A stretch of DNA of 64,000 nt from an uncultured Acidobacteriota bacterium (GTDB lineage: Bacteria; Acidobacteriota; CAIWXX01): assembly GCA_903916735.1 (NCBI GenBank), contig CAIWXX010000003.1:974-64973 (forward strand). Direction: 5' to 3'. Positions 50,825 through 60,899 of the stretch are shown piece after piece (within the stretch, counting starts at the first letter, position 1; each line of letters begins with the position of its first letter). The position numbers and the translations under genes are program-made. The notes under the pieces were generated by a model. The model was given only the letters and a program-made list of their open reading frames with translations. It searched no databases and was not told the origin of the DNA.

Positions 50825-51217
50825 ATGACGGGAATCGCTCTCGTTGCCGTGGTTGTCCTGGTTTTTGGATTTGTTCTCATGCCTCTTTTCAAGAAGAAAC
50901 CGGAAGACGCGCAGGATCTCAAATCTACGCAAAAGGATCTGCGCGAACGGGAGATGCACGAACGGATCCTCGAAAATTTAGCCGACCTGGATGACCAGCT
51001 TCAGATGGGGAAACTCGACCGCTCAGATTATGAGAGGCTTCGCAGGGAAGTGGAAGGTGAAGGAACGGAGTTGAATGCCGTACAGACGTCGGTCGATGTG
51101 GAGGCGACGCATCGCACGACATCGCAGAAGAGAAAGTCTTGCATCAAATGCAATGCGGTCAATCCTTATGGCAATCGGTTCTGCAAGGAATGTGGAGCGA
51201 AAATTGGTGCTGAATAA
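50825..51217 (+). CDS. Membrane-anchored protein with a C-terminal CxxC-X10-CxxC zinc ribbon; function unknown
   Basis: A single N-terminal transmembrane helix, MTGIALVAVVVLVFGFVLMPLF, is followed by KKK. A charged coiled region comes next, and the C-terminus is CIKCNAVNPYGNRFCKECGAKI. Confidence 0.5.
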   Translation: MTGIALVAVVVLVFGFVLMPLFKKKPEDAQDLKSTQKDLREREMHERILENLADLDDQLQMGKLDRSDYERLRREVEGEGTELNAVQTSVDVEATHRTTSQKRKSCIKCNAVNPYGNRFCKECGAKIGAE

Positions 51218-52232
51218 GGCGCTATTTGGCCTGGCCTTGATACTTTCCGCCTTTCCATTGATGGGCGCCGAGATTCATTGCCGGGTGATCAACGGAACGA
51301 CAATGCATCCTTGTTCACCGGAAAGCGCTGTTGTTCTGAAACTCGTCGAAGGGATGCAGGAAATTCAGGCGCTCCGGAATCCAGGTCCAACATTTTCATT
51401 TAAGAACCTGCCGGCCGATCAGCAGTATCTTCTGCAAATCACCTATCAAAGTGTCCGGTACAATTTCGCAATCGCATTCGGCCAGAGTGAGAGCATCGAC
51501 AAGGAGATAACAGTTTACAATGTCGCGGATGATGATTCGCATATTATGATTACCATTCCGAGTCTGCTCGTGAGCCTGGAATATGGCCGCATGAAGATTC
51601 ACCTCATGTGCGACGTTCGGAATGATGGTACAACTGTCTATTCAGGTGGGGCAGCCGGCACTTTCAAATTCTCGCTTCCCGATGGATTCAGTGTTGTGGA
51701 ATCCGCAACAGCGACGTCCGCTGGAATGCCGACTCATCAGAGAATCGTGAAGCTCCCAGGCGATCCTTCATATGCCATGGATTACCCAATCAGGCCCGGC
51801 AATACTCAGATCGAACTGGAATATAGCGCCTCTTTTTCGGGGGGATTCGATTATCATCAGAAATTCTACTATCCGGTTGTTCAGACGAATGTCTTCATGA
51901 AGCCGTCGTCTGTTTCAGTTCGTTCGATCATGATGCATAAGGTCGGTGAAAAAGAGGAGGGATCGGCTGCATATGTGAGTGGTCCGATAGCAAAGGGGGC
52001 GTCTCTGGATTTCAGCCTCAATGGAACTGCCGCTGTCGCCGGCGCCTCGCAGGAAGCTGATAAGACGGCGGCCGAGAGCGGCCCGCGGGTAGAGGAACAA
52101 CCACCATCACTATATCGCTATCGGATACAGATCATTCTGCTATTGGTTTTCATCACCAGCTTTTCTTTCTGGCATGGCCTTAGAGAACCGAAGGGGGAAT
52201 TGAGGAGTCCGAAAAAGAAAGCGAGACGATGA
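51207..52232 (+). CDS. Secreted protein of about 340 aa with a C-terminal transmembrane anchor; function unknown
   Basis: A GTG or TTG start at 51204/51207 yields the signal peptide MLNKALFGLALILSAFPLMGA. A periplasmic domain of about 300 aa follows. The C-terminal transmembrane helix IQIILLLVFITSFSFW is followed by a basic tail. The gene overlaps the stop of the preceding gene. Confidence 0.5.
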   Translation: MLNKALFGLALILSAFPLMGAEIHCRVINGTTMHPCSPESAVVLKLVEGMQEIQALRNPGPTFSFKNLPADQQYLLQITYQSVRYNFAIAFGQSESIDKEITVYNVADDDSHIMITIPSLLVSLEYGRMKIHLMCDVRNDGTTVYSGGAAGTFKFSLPDGFSVVESATATSAGMPTHQRIVKLPGDPSYAMDYPIRPGNTQIELEYSASFSGGFDYHQKFYYPVVQTNVFMKPSSVSVRSIMMHKVGEKEEGSAAYVSGPIAKGASLDFSLNGTAAVAGASQEADKTAAESGPRVEEQPPSLYRYRIQIILLLVFITSFSFWHGLREPKGELRSPKKKARR

Positions 52233-52437
52233 AGAGCCATCAGGCACTCAGGATTCAGCACTCAGTGCTGTTGGATACAAGGGAGACCTGATGTCAGTTT
52301 CATAAAATGAATGATATGCAACGAATGAAATGTCGGCGCACCAAGGGTTGGAATGACAAGCCTCAAATTGGTGGCGGAAAGATCAATACCGATTGCCATC
52401 GTCGGAGAACTAGGATTTAGAGGTATCATCTAATTTC

Positions 52438-53172
52438 ATGACACCTCAAATGCTGATGGAAACCATCCGAGCCGAAAAAGTGACAAAGGCTTTTGGGCGA
52501 ACCTATGCCCTGAAAGAGATCACTCTCACGATCGCAACCGGGGAATTCGTCGGCCTGTTCGGCCCTAATGGCGCCGGCAAGAGCACATTCTTGCGAATTT
52601 GCGCCGCTCTGATTCGGCCGACAGCAGGGCGCCTGCTGGTGCGCGGCAAAGATGTTTGGAAGAACCTCACGATGAGAGGTGAGATAGGATTTCTCTCACA
52701 TGCGATCGGCCTGTATCCGAATCTCACGGTCACGGAAAATCTCCTCTATTTTGCGAAACTCTCCGCCTTGAAGGATCCGGTTCGGCGAGTCGATGAAGTG
52801 ATCGACAAACTCGATATGGCCACGTATGCCGGAATGGAAGTCGGCCGGTTGAGCCGCGGGTGGCAGCAGCGGGCGGCGATCGCTCGCGGATTGTTGAATG
52901 ACCCGCAGATACTGCTCTGGGACGAGCCTTTCACGGGGTTAGATGAAATAGCAACCAGGATGATCCTCGGCCTCCTCGATGACTTCCGCGCGCAGGGCCG
53001 CTCTGCGATTATCTCTTCCCACGATTTCTCTCGGACCATGGAGGTGTGCGGAAGAGCAATCATGATCGATCGAGGCAGGATTGAATATGATGGAGCCGGA
53101 GTGGATGTTGCCGACGCTTATCGGAGAATCATGAGCGTCAGGGCCGGCACTTCGACGGCAGAGACCGCATGA
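52438..53172 (+). CDS. ccmA: Heme exporter ABC ATP-binding protein CcmA-like
   Basis: The Walker A is GPNGAGKST, the ABC signature is LSRGWQQR and the Walker B is ILLWDEP. It is directly followed by ccmB. Confidence 0.8.
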   Translation: MTPQMLMETIRAEKVTKAFGRTYALKEITLTIATGEFVGLFGPNGAGKSTFLRICAALIRPTAGRLLVRGKDVWKNLTMRGEIGFLSHAIGLYPNLTVTENLLYFAKLSALKDPVRRVDEVIDKLDMATYAGMEVGRLSRGWQQRAAIARGLLNDPQILLWDEPFTGLDEIATRMILGLLDDFRAQGRSAIISSHDFSRTMEVCGRAIMIDRGRIEYDGAGVDVADAYRRIMSVRAGTSTAETA

Positions 53173-53849
53173 AGAAAGCCTTTTCGCAGTTTGTCATTCT
53201 TTATACCAAGGACATTCGCCTTGAAATGCGCTCCAAAGAAACATTGCTGCCGATGTTCGTGTTTGGGCTGCTCGTGCTCACGATTTTCAATTTCGCGTTC
53301 GATTTCCCGCCGGATCAGATCATGTCCGCCACGGGCGGCATGTTGTGGATCGCCTTGACCTTCAGCATGACGCTTGGTATCAGCCGTTCCTTCGGACTCG
53401 AAAAAGAATACGGCTCGCTGGACTCGACCTTGTTGGCTCCGGTGGACCGCGGACTCATCTTCCTCGGCAAGCTTCTCTCGAACTTCACGGTCGCACTCAT
53501 TCAGGAGGTGCTTCTCCTTCCTTTCCTTTTTCTCTTTTTCAACATTCCGATGTTTCCGGCATTCCCTTGGTTTATTTCTGTTATTCTCCTCGGTACCTTT
53601 GGTTTCTGCGCCGTGGCGACATTGTTTTCGGCAGTGACATTGAATGCCCGGATGCGAGAAGTGATGCTGCCACTCCTTGTTTTTCCGATTTACATTCCGG
53701 CCGTGATCGGCGCCGTGAGGGCCACAACATCCATCATTAGCGGCGAACCGCTCGCCTGGGCCTTTGCCTGGATCAGGCTTCTCATCGTTTTCGATATCAT
53801 CTTCGTCACGCTGGCGTATCTGCTATTTGAATATGTGCTCGAAGAGTAA
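53169..53849 (+). CDS. ccmB: Heme exporter protein CcmB
   Basis: It has six transmembrane helices, and the FSQFVILYTKDIRLEMRSKETLLPMFVFGLL start matches the CcmB family. It overlaps ccmA as ATGA. Confidence 0.8.
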   Translation: MKKAFSQFVILYTKDIRLEMRSKETLLPMFVFGLLVLTIFNFAFDFPPDQIMSATGGMLWIALTFSMTLGISRSFGLEKEYGSLDSTLLAPVDRGLIFLGKLLSNFTVALIQEVLLLPFLFLFFNIPMFPAFPWFISVILLGTFGFCAVATLFSAVTLNARMREVMLPLLVFPIYIPAVIGAVRATTSIISGEPLAWAFAWIRLLIVFDIIFVTLAYLLFEYVLEE

Positions 53850-53933
53850 GACGACTGATTTGAGAAATAGAGAGGCGAACGGTAAACTCATGTTCCGATT
53901 TTTATTGCAAAGCATGAGCAGGTTAGCGATCCG

Positions 53934-54626
53934 ATGAAAAATCGAAGTTTCATTTGGACGGTTCTTTCTTACTCGCTTCTTATTGCCATGCTCATCGATC
54001 TTTATCTCGTTCTTCTCGTCGCCCCAACTGAGCGCACGATGGGCGATGTGCAACGAATTTTTTACTTTCATGTGCCATCGGCCTGGGTAGCGTTTCTCGC
54101 ATTTTTCACTGTTTTTTTTGGAAGCGTCGCCTACATCGCGACTCGGAATGTTCGATATGATCGGCAGGCGATTGCATCGGCTGAAATTGGCGTCGCTTTC
54201 TGCACGATTGTGCTGGTCACCGGTCCGATCTGGGCACGCCCGGTATGGGGTATCTGGTGGACCTGGGATCCGCGATTGACGTCGACTCTTGTACTGTGGC
54301 TGATTTATGCGAGTTACCTCCTGCTGCGAGGCTTCATCGAAGATCCCGGCCGTCGCGCGATCCTGTCGGCTGTGGTTGGCATCGTCGGATTTGTGGATGT
54401 CCCGATCGTGTATATGTCGATTCGGTGGTGGAGGACCCAGCATCCGTCGCCTGTCTTCGCCGGAGGCGCTGAGAGCGGGCTGGATCCTGACATGAAAATT
54501 GTTTTCTTTTTTTCGCTTGCTGTTTTCATGCTGCTCTATGCGGTTCTCCAAGGTCTTTCAATTCAGATCAAGCGAGTCGAATCCGATGTTGTTGAATTGA
54601 GCCGTCGAGCGGCTGAAAAGGAATAG
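53934..54626 (+). CDS. ccmC: Heme exporter protein CcmC
   Basis: WGIWWTWDPRLTS WWD motif, and conserved His residues in the flanking loops. Confidence 0.85.
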   Translation: MKNRSFIWTVLSYSLLIAMLIDLYLVLLVAPTERTMGDVQRIFYFHVPSAWVAFLAFFTVFFGSVAYIATRNVRYDRQAIASAEIGVAFCTIVLVTGPIWARPVWGIWWTWDPRLTSTLVLWLIYASYLLLRGFIEDPGRRAILSAVVGIVGFVDVPIVYMSIRWWRTQHPSPVFAGGAESGLDPDMKIVFFFSLAVFMLLYAVLQGLSIQIKRVESDVVELSRRAAEKE

Positions 54627-54630
54627 ACGT

Positions 54631-54783
54631 ATGAACTACTTATTCGCGGCATTCTGCTTCATTTGGATTGTTCTCTTCGGCTATCTTCGATTTCTACAAA
54701 AGCGCTTGAAGGCGTTGCAGCAGGAAATATCGCTCTTGAAAGAAGCAATTCGGAAATCCCTGCCCGATGAAGGCGGCCGCTGA
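54631..54783 (+). CDS. ccmD: Heme exporter protein CcmD (50 aa)
   Basis: This ORF is not in the track because it is under 60 aa. Translating ATG 54631 to TGA 54783 gives MNYLFAAFCFIWIVLFGYLRFLQKRLKALQQEISLLKEAIRKSLPDEGGR. A single transmembrane helix is followed by a basic and coiled tail, and the gene sits immediately after ccmC. Confidence 0.55.
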   Translation: MNYLFAAFCFIWIVLFGYLRFLQKRLKALQQEISLLKEAIRKSLPDEGGR

Positions 54784-54913
54784 ATTTGGCTGGCGATGAA
54801 GCATGGATTGGGATTCATCAAAGCACTCTGAAGAGGCACGCTCCTGATTTCGAGATACGAATACGCCCCAGTGATTTTGAACGCAACGGGATTCGGCATG
54901 CGACCGGTGGCGG

Positions 54914-57538
54914 CTATTTTTCTACCGGATCAGCGTCAGGCTCTTTAATAATCGCTTCAGCCGCTTCGGATCGCAACTTCGTCAAACAGTCAGGGCAGAT
55001 ACCGTGGCTGAAATCCGCCTGAGAGTGTTCGGCAATATACGTCTCGATCTGCTGCCAGTACCCCTCATCGTTTCGAATCTTCTTGCACCATGCACAGATG
55101 GGAATTAACCCGCCGAGAATTCTTAATTTCGTCAAGGCTTCATCGATGCCTTGCTGCAGCTCTTTGGCGCGCCGCCGGAGACGGGTAGTGCGGAGATGGA
55201 CCAAACCGATTGCACCAATCAGGATCGATGTTGCCAGTGTCAGCCGGAACCATGTTGACTGGTAGAGGTGTGGAACGAGCCGAAAAACGAACGCAGCGCC
55301 GTCCTCATTCCATATGCCATCCTTATTGCAGGCCATGACCCGGAAGATGTAGTTCCCAGGCTGAATATTTGTATAGTAAGCTGTCCGCCGGCTTCCAGCT
55401 GAGACCCAATCTTTATCGAATCCCTCCAATCTATATCTGAAGCGAATCTGCTCTGGTGCGAGAAGGCTCAGCCCTGTGTATCTGAACTCGAGCTCTCCAT
55501 TAGACTGTGGAATCTCGGCTCCGCTCATCCATGTTCCCGTTTTATTTGCGATCAATTGCTCGATGATCACCGGGGGCTTATTAATATCGAGATTGATGTG
55601 TTTCGGATCGACCACAACGACACCTTCCATAGTCGAGAACCAGATGCGGCCGTCTCTGGACATGATTGCTGAAGGCTGACTGCCACCGTTGCATTCGCGG
55701 CTCTTCATGCCGTCAGCGATCCCAAAAACCGTTGCGCTGACCCGCTCGCGCTTCCCCTGCGCAACCTCCTCAAGTTCCCCTTTATTGACCCTGAAAATAC
55801 CCTTATTGGAGCTCAACCAGAAGCTTCCCAATCCATCTTCGAATATCTGGTGAATCCCGTTGTCAGGGAGTCCCTGCTTCGTTGTATACACGGTATCGTG
55901 GCCCTGTTCACGCCTGACCAATCCCCCGCCATTTGTGCCGAACCACAAGACATGGTTCGTATCCTCATAGATAGCTCTCACGACATTGATATCTTCCCCA
56001 GCACCTCCCTTGAACCGATATGGGGTAAAGAAACCATTTCTGAACTTGTTGACTCCACCTCCCACCGTGCCGAACCAGAGATTCCCGTCGTGATCTTCAA
56101 GGATGGATGCCACGGTTAGTCCCGAAAGCCCATCCTTCGTGCCGAATACGGTCACCCTGCCGTCTTGAATCCGATTAAGCCCGTTTGATGTCCCGATCCA
56201 AAGGGCGCCCGAGTGGTCTTCGAAAATGCTGAGGATGAAATTGTCAGACAATCCATCCTTCGTTGTGTATGTCCGAAAGCGGCCGCCTTTCAGACAACTG
56301 AGTCCCCCGCCGACCGTGCCGATCCAAAGGCTCCCACGGCGATCCTCCAGAATCGAGACAACGTGGTTGTTGGCTAAGCCGTCGGCAGTCGTATACGCGG
56401 TGAAGACGCCGGCGCGAAGCCGGTTGAGCCCCCCGCCCTGAGTGCCGATCCAGATCACTCCCTTTCGATCCTCATAGACGGAACTCACGACATTCTCCGA
56501 GAGCCCCTCCTGAGTGGTATATGTCGTGAGTCGTGTGTCGCGCAATCGATTGAGCCCGCCACCGTTCGATCCGATCCAGAGGCTGCCCTCCCGATCTTCG
56601 TAAAGATTGAAGATATAATCGACCGACAACCCTTTGGATTTATCGAAAATCTCAAACGTCCCGTCTCTGAAGCGGGCAACGCCGGCACCCCACGTGCTCA
56701 TCCAGAGGTTTCCATCCCTGTCCTCCAGGATATCGCTCACACTGGTGTGCGAAAGCTCAGCGGGCATTTGTAGTGAGACAAACCTCTCACCACTCATGTG
56801 GCTCAAGCCGCCTTGCTGAGTTGACGCCCAAAGAATGCCGTCGTGGTCCTCGAAGATCGAGTTCACACTATCGTTTTTCAATCCGTTTTTCACGGTAAAA
56901 GTTGTGAACTTCCCGCCTTTGAAACACAGAAGGCCGCGCGAGGTGGCCATCCAGATCGCTCCATGACGATCCTCTTGAAATTCGATGATACGGGCGTCGG
57001 AGAACCGCATGAAGGGCAGTGGAATATCAGAAAAAGATGAACCTCGATAGCAGGTCAGGAAGTTCAACCCGCCGATCCATAAAGTACCACTCCTGTCGAC
57101 AAGGAGGGCGGAGACGTCGTTGTTGCCGAGGCCGTCGTGGGCCGTGTAGCTGGTGAAGTGATGATCCAGATATCTGGTAAGACCACTGCGGGTTCCAATC
57201 CAGAGGCAGCCCTCGCGGTCCTCCGCGAGCGCCGTGATCGAATTGCTTGTGAGCGCTTCTGTGTTGGCTCTGTCGAAAAGCGTGAAAGAGATTCCATCAA
57301 AGCGGGCGAGTCCTTCGAGTGTTCCGAACCAGATGTAGCCGTCATGGGTCTGCTGAATGGCTCTGATGGAATTCTGCGGGAGCCCGTCCGCCTCCCGCCA
57401 GACATCATGGCCATATTGGGTGATGGTTTTCTGTGGGTCGAGAGCCTGGGCGGATGGGCCATCAACCAAGAAAATTGTAAGAAGGCACGCAGGAAGAATG
57501 ATGTTGATGTGCCTGGGATTCACTCGTATGCTCATCAT
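54914..57538 (-). CDS. Periplasmic two-component-regulator-type beta-propeller sensor (Reg_prop repeats plus a Y_Y_Y-like domain), with one transmembrane helix and a cytoplasmic Cys-rich tail
   Basis: After a signal peptide there are more than 12 Reg_prop-like repeats, each with a W-x-G-T/S-xxGL core, followed by an Ig-like region. A transmembrane helix WFRLTLATSILIGAIGLV is followed by a tail of about 100 aa ending ICAWCKKIRNDEGYWQQIETYIAEHSQADFSHGICPDCL. There is no kinase, GGDEF or DNA-binding domain. Confidence 0.7.
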   Translation of the reverse strand: MMSIRVNPRHINIILPACLLTIFLVDGPSAQALDPQKTITQYGHDVWREADGLPQNSIRAIQQTHDGYIWFGTLEGLARFDGISFTLFDRANTEALTSNSITALAEDREGCLWIGTRSGLTRYLDHHFTSYTAHDGLGNNDVSALLVDRSGTLWIGGLNFLTCYRGSSFSDIPLPFMRFSDARIIEFQEDRHGAIWMATSRGLLCFKGGKFTTFTVKNGLKNDSVNSIFEDHDGILWASTQQGGLSHMSGERFVSLQMPAELSHTSVSDILEDRDGNLWMSTWGAGVARFRDGTFEIFDKSKGLSVDYIFNLYEDREGSLWIGSNGGGLNRLRDTRLTTYTTQEGLSENVVSSVYEDRKGVIWIGTQGGGLNRLRAGVFTAYTTADGLANNHVVSILEDRRGSLWIGTVGGGLSCLKGGRFRTYTTKDGLSDNFILSIFEDHSGALWIGTSNGLNRIQDGRVTVFGTKDGLSGLTVASILEDHDGNLWFGTVGGGVNKFRNGFFTPYRFKGGAGEDINVVRAIYEDTNHVLWFGTNGGGLVRREQGHDTVYTTKQGLPDNGIHQIFEDGLGSFWLSSNKGIFRVNKGELEEVAQGKRERVSATVFGIADGMKSRECNGGSQPSAIMSRDGRIWFSTMEGVVVVDPKHINLDINKPPVIIEQLIANKTGTWMSGAEIPQSNGELEFRYTGLSLLAPEQIRFRYRLEGFDKDWVSAGSRRTAYYTNIQPGNYIFRVMACNKDGIWNEDGAAFVFRLVPHLYQSTWFRLTLATSILIGAIGLVHLRTTRLRRRAKELQQGIDEALTKLRILGGLIPICAWCKKIRNDEGYWQQIETYIAEHSQADFSHGICPDCLTKLRSEAAEAIIKEPDADPVEK

Positions 57539-57701
57539 CGGCCTTTCGTACCAGCGATTCCTGAGCTTGATTCATCGCCTCATTGAAAACGCTTATGCAT
57601 TATTTGAAAAGAACGCATCAAAGACCATCCATCTTGAGCCTCCCTCATCCCGAGGCGGAAAAAAATGTCGATTGACAATCACACTGTGATTTTCAAGTCG
57701 A

Positions 57702-59177
57702 TTAGCTGACCTTCACGAAGTCGATATATCCACGTTCCACATCGGTATACATGAGTCGTACACGCACCATCTGGCCGACGTCTTCTCCTTCGAAGCCGTG
57801 AACCAGTCGCCCCTCGACCGGGGGATGGAGCAACCGGACCCATGTTCCTTTGAATGAGGCACCTGTGACGATGGCGTCAAACTGCTCCCCGATCCTAGAC
57901 TCCAGCAGTATGGCCGCGGCGGATTTTCCGACGAGCCGTTCCACCTTGTTCGCATCGTCTTCTTTCAAAGTGCAATGCCGAGCCAGTTCGATGAGCTCAT
58001 CTCTCCCGTAGGGAAGTGGAGATCCCACCAGAACAGCCTTGAGAAGACGTTGCGTAATGAGGTCCGGGTAGCGGCGGTTCGGAGCGGTTGAGTGACTGTA
58101 ATCCTTGACAGCCAGGCCGAAATGGCCCGTGCTGGGCTCCCCAGGGAACTCAATCGTGTATTCACCGTTTCCCAGCAATTTGATGAAGGTCAGTGAGAGA
58201 TCTGGAAAATGAAGAGGATCATCTATTTTTTGATGAGCCATGAATTTTTGAAGAGCGCGCGAATCGGGTTCTTCAGGGAGTCGTGTTCCGAGTTGTGCGG
58301 CCACTTCGATGATACGGTCCCATCGCTTGGGTGAACGAACGACACGGCGAAGCGATGGGGATTGTTTGGCGGTCAGATAGCGGGCGCTGACACCGTTGGC
58401 GGCGATCATGAAGTCCTCGATCAACTCCCTCGCTCGATTCTTCTTTTCAACTCGAAGATCGCGGAGTTCGTCGGCTTCGAACACTGGGCGCGCTTCGATT
58501 GTTTCCAGATCGAGCGCTCCGTGATCCTGGCGAAGCCTCTTCAACATCTGTGCGACCTGATCTTGAGTGCGAAGGTTCTCGGCAAGCGCTTTGTTCGCGG
58601 CGACATGATCCGGTGCCGGCCCTTCACCGGTAAACCATGCCGCGATACTGTTGTAAGCAAGCTTCGCATGATTGCGAACGAGGGCGGAGTAAATATCCGA
58701 GCTTTGCAATGACCCGTCGCTTCCGAACACCATTTCCATCACGATGGCCAGTCGATCCTGATTCTCGGCCAGCGACGTCAGGTCGGTTGACAGCTTCTCC
58801 GGAAGCATGGGAAACACCTGCGCCGGCGTGTAGATTGATGTGGTGTTCTGCCGAGCGTGGTCATCGATCGCCGAACCCTTTTTGACGATGGAGTCTACAT
58901 TCGCGACCGCAACAAGGATCTTTCTCTTTCCGTTCGGCAAGATGTCGGCGACGGTCAATTGATCAAGATCCATAGAATCGTCGTTATCGATCGATGCCCA
59001 GAGCAATTCCCGCAAATCGCGAGTCGGGGCAGTTTCCTGGAGTGATGCCCCATGGATTCGGTCAAGTTCGGCATCGACTTCCGGAGAAAAATCGGGTTGC
59101 AGCCCGCGCTCCATCATGGCTCGGCGGGCGATTTGTTGCAGTATGCTATGGTGTTGGGCACTTTCTTGATTCATCAT
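57702..59177 (-). CDS. RNB-domain exoribonuclease (RNase II/R family, catalytic domain only)
   Basis: The RNB active-site region IDNDDSMDLDQ carries four acidic residues. The gene is 491 aa and has no obvious cold-shock or S1 domains. Confidence 0.7.
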   Translation of the reverse strand: MMNQESAQHHSILQQIARRAMMERGLQPDFSPEVDAELDRIHGASLQETAPTRDLRELLWASIDNDDSMDLDQLTVADILPNGKRKILVAVANVDSIVKKGSAIDDHARQNTTSIYTPAQVFPMLPEKLSTDLTSLAENQDRLAIVMEMVFGSDGSLQSSDIYSALVRNHAKLAYNSIAAWFTGEGPAPDHVAANKALAENLRTQDQVAQMLKRLRQDHGALDLETIEARPVFEADELRDLRVEKKNRARELIEDFMIAANGVSARYLTAKQSPSLRRVVRSPKRWDRIIEVAAQLGTRLPEEPDSRALQKFMAHQKIDDPLHFPDLSLTFIKLLGNGEYTIEFPGEPSTGHFGLAVKDYSHSTAPNRRYPDLITQRLLKAVLVGSPLPYGRDELIELARHCTLKEDDANKVERLVGKSAAAILLESRIGEQFDAIVTGASFKGTWVRLLHPPVEGRLVHGFEGEDVGQMVRVRLMYTDVERGYIDFVKVS

Positions 59178-59213
59178 TGATTTCTCCTCGCTCGCACCTT
59201 CCTCTTTAGGTGA

Positions 59214-60899
59214 TCATATACTGTTTGTGGTCTTCTCCAGGCGTTTGACGATAATGAACATAAAGGCGGCTGACAACAAGCAGCAGATTGCCAACACCGA
59301 CCAGAGGCTCCAGAGAGGAATCCGATCCCACATTAGACCGATGACACTCACCAGGTAGTTGCCGATCGCCGTGGCTGCGAACCAGCCGCCCTGCATGAGG
59401 CCCTTATATTTCGGCGGTGCAACTTTCGAAACAAAAGAGATGCCCATCGGGCTGAGTAACAGCTCGGCGATTGTCAGCAAGAAATAGGTCACGATCAGCC
59501 AGTACGGGGATATCAGGACATTGGCCGGAGCTACCTGGCCGGCGAGTGCTTTGGGGCTTGGAAGTCCGATCGAACCGACGATGAGAATGCCGAATGAAAT
59601 AGCCGACATCAACATCCCGAAGCCGATTTTCCGCGGCGCTGAAGGTTCCTTGCCACGACGGTTCAAGTAGGCCAGGAAGCCGACCAGGAGCGGCGTCAGA
59701 GCAACGATGAAGAAGGGGTTGAATTGCTGGAACATCTGAGGAGTAAATCGAGTGATGGCTTCGTATCCGTGGAACCGGAACCATGCAAAGAAGGCGAAGA
59801 CGACAGCGCCAATGCCGGTCATCAGGCGCACTGCCCTGCTATTCTTCGCTCGTATGGAGAGCATGACACAGACAACCGTCATGAAGATCGCGAGAAGGGC
59901 CACGAGGTCGAACCAGAGATTGGTCCATCGCCCAACGCTCGGAACTGTGTAGTCACGAGCGAAATAGGTCATCGTCAGGCCGTTTTGTTGGAACGACATC
60001 CAGAAGAAGATGACCACGATAAAAACCAGGATCAGGGCTAACATCCGCTCGCGAGTCTGCTGAGGCGTCAATTCAACGATCCGTCCTTTGTGAGCGTCGC
60101 TCTTGGACTTCTGCTTTTCGGTCATGTCGGCGTCGCGATAGTACTTCCGGAAAAGCCGGAAGACGATCATGGAAGCGATCAGGCTGACGCACGCGCAACC
60201 GAAGGCGTAGTGATAGGATTTACTGAGCGCGTTGATGTAGCTCTCGGAGAAACTCCGGAGCGTTTCCATGGTCACAGTCGGATTCTGCGATCGGGCAATT
60301 TCGAGGAAAGATGCCGTATCAGCCAACCTGCCTTTCATGAATTGGTTGGCCATAGCAGGGATGCGCTGGTCATATGTGAAGTGATATCTATCGAGGATCC
60401 AGTTGCTGACGAAGTTGGCAGCCGTCGGGGCGAACATGGCTCCGATGTTGATGCCCATGTAGAAAATGTTGTAGGCCCGGTCGCGGATCGGGCTATAGCG
60501 CGGGTCATCATAGAGGTTGCCGACAAGCGCTTGCAGATTGCCTTTGAAGAAGCCGGTGCCAAGGGCGATAACCCCCATGGCCGCCACAACCATGCTGAAT
60601 CCCGTGCCGGAGTTGGTTGGAAGGGTCAGCATAAAATACCCGAGGAACATGACGATCAGTCCGATGCTGATAGCCCGGCCGTAGCCGAGATACCGGTCGG
60701 CCAGGAAGCCTCCCAGCAAAGGAAAGAAATAGGCAAAGAAAAGAAATGTGGCATAGACTCCGCCCGCCGCCGCCGCGTCCATGCCGTATTTGGCCTGGAG
60801 AAATAGAACGACAATGGCCAGCATGGTGTAGTAGCCGAAGCGTTCTCCCATGTTGGTGAAAAATGCAACATACAGTCCCTTGGGATGCTCTTTAAACAT
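59214..60899 (-). CDS. POT/PTR2-family proton-dependent oligopeptide transporter
   Basis: The PTR2 signature GERFGYYTMLAIVVLF is present, within about 14 transmembrane helices. Confidence 0.85.
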   Translation of the reverse strand: MFKEHPKGLYVAFFTNMGERFGYYTMLAIVVLFLQAKYGMDAAAAGGVYATFLFFAYFFPLLGGFLADRYLGYGRAISIGLIVMFLGYFMLTLPTNSGTGFSMVVAAMGVIALGTGFFKGNLQALVGNLYDDPRYSPIRDRAYNIFYMGINIGAMFAPTAANFVSNWILDRYHFTYDQRIPAMANQFMKGRLADTASFLEIARSQNPTVTMETLRSFSESYINALSKSYHYAFGCACVSLIASMIVFRLFRKYYRDADMTEKQKSKSDAHKGRIVELTPQQTRERMLALILVFIVVIFFWMSFQQNGLTMTYFARDYTVPSVGRWTNLWFDLVALLAIFMTVVCVMLSIRAKNSRAVRLMTGIGAVVFAFFAWFRFHGYEAITRFTPQMFQQFNPFFIVALTPLLVGFLAYLNRRGKEPSAPRKIGFGMLMSAISFGILIVGSIGLPSPKALAGQVAPANVLISPYWLIVTYFLLTIAELLLSPMGISFVSKVAPPKYKGLMQGGWFAATAIGNYLVSVIGLMWDRIPLWSLWSVLAICCLLSAAFMFIIVKRLEKTTNSI

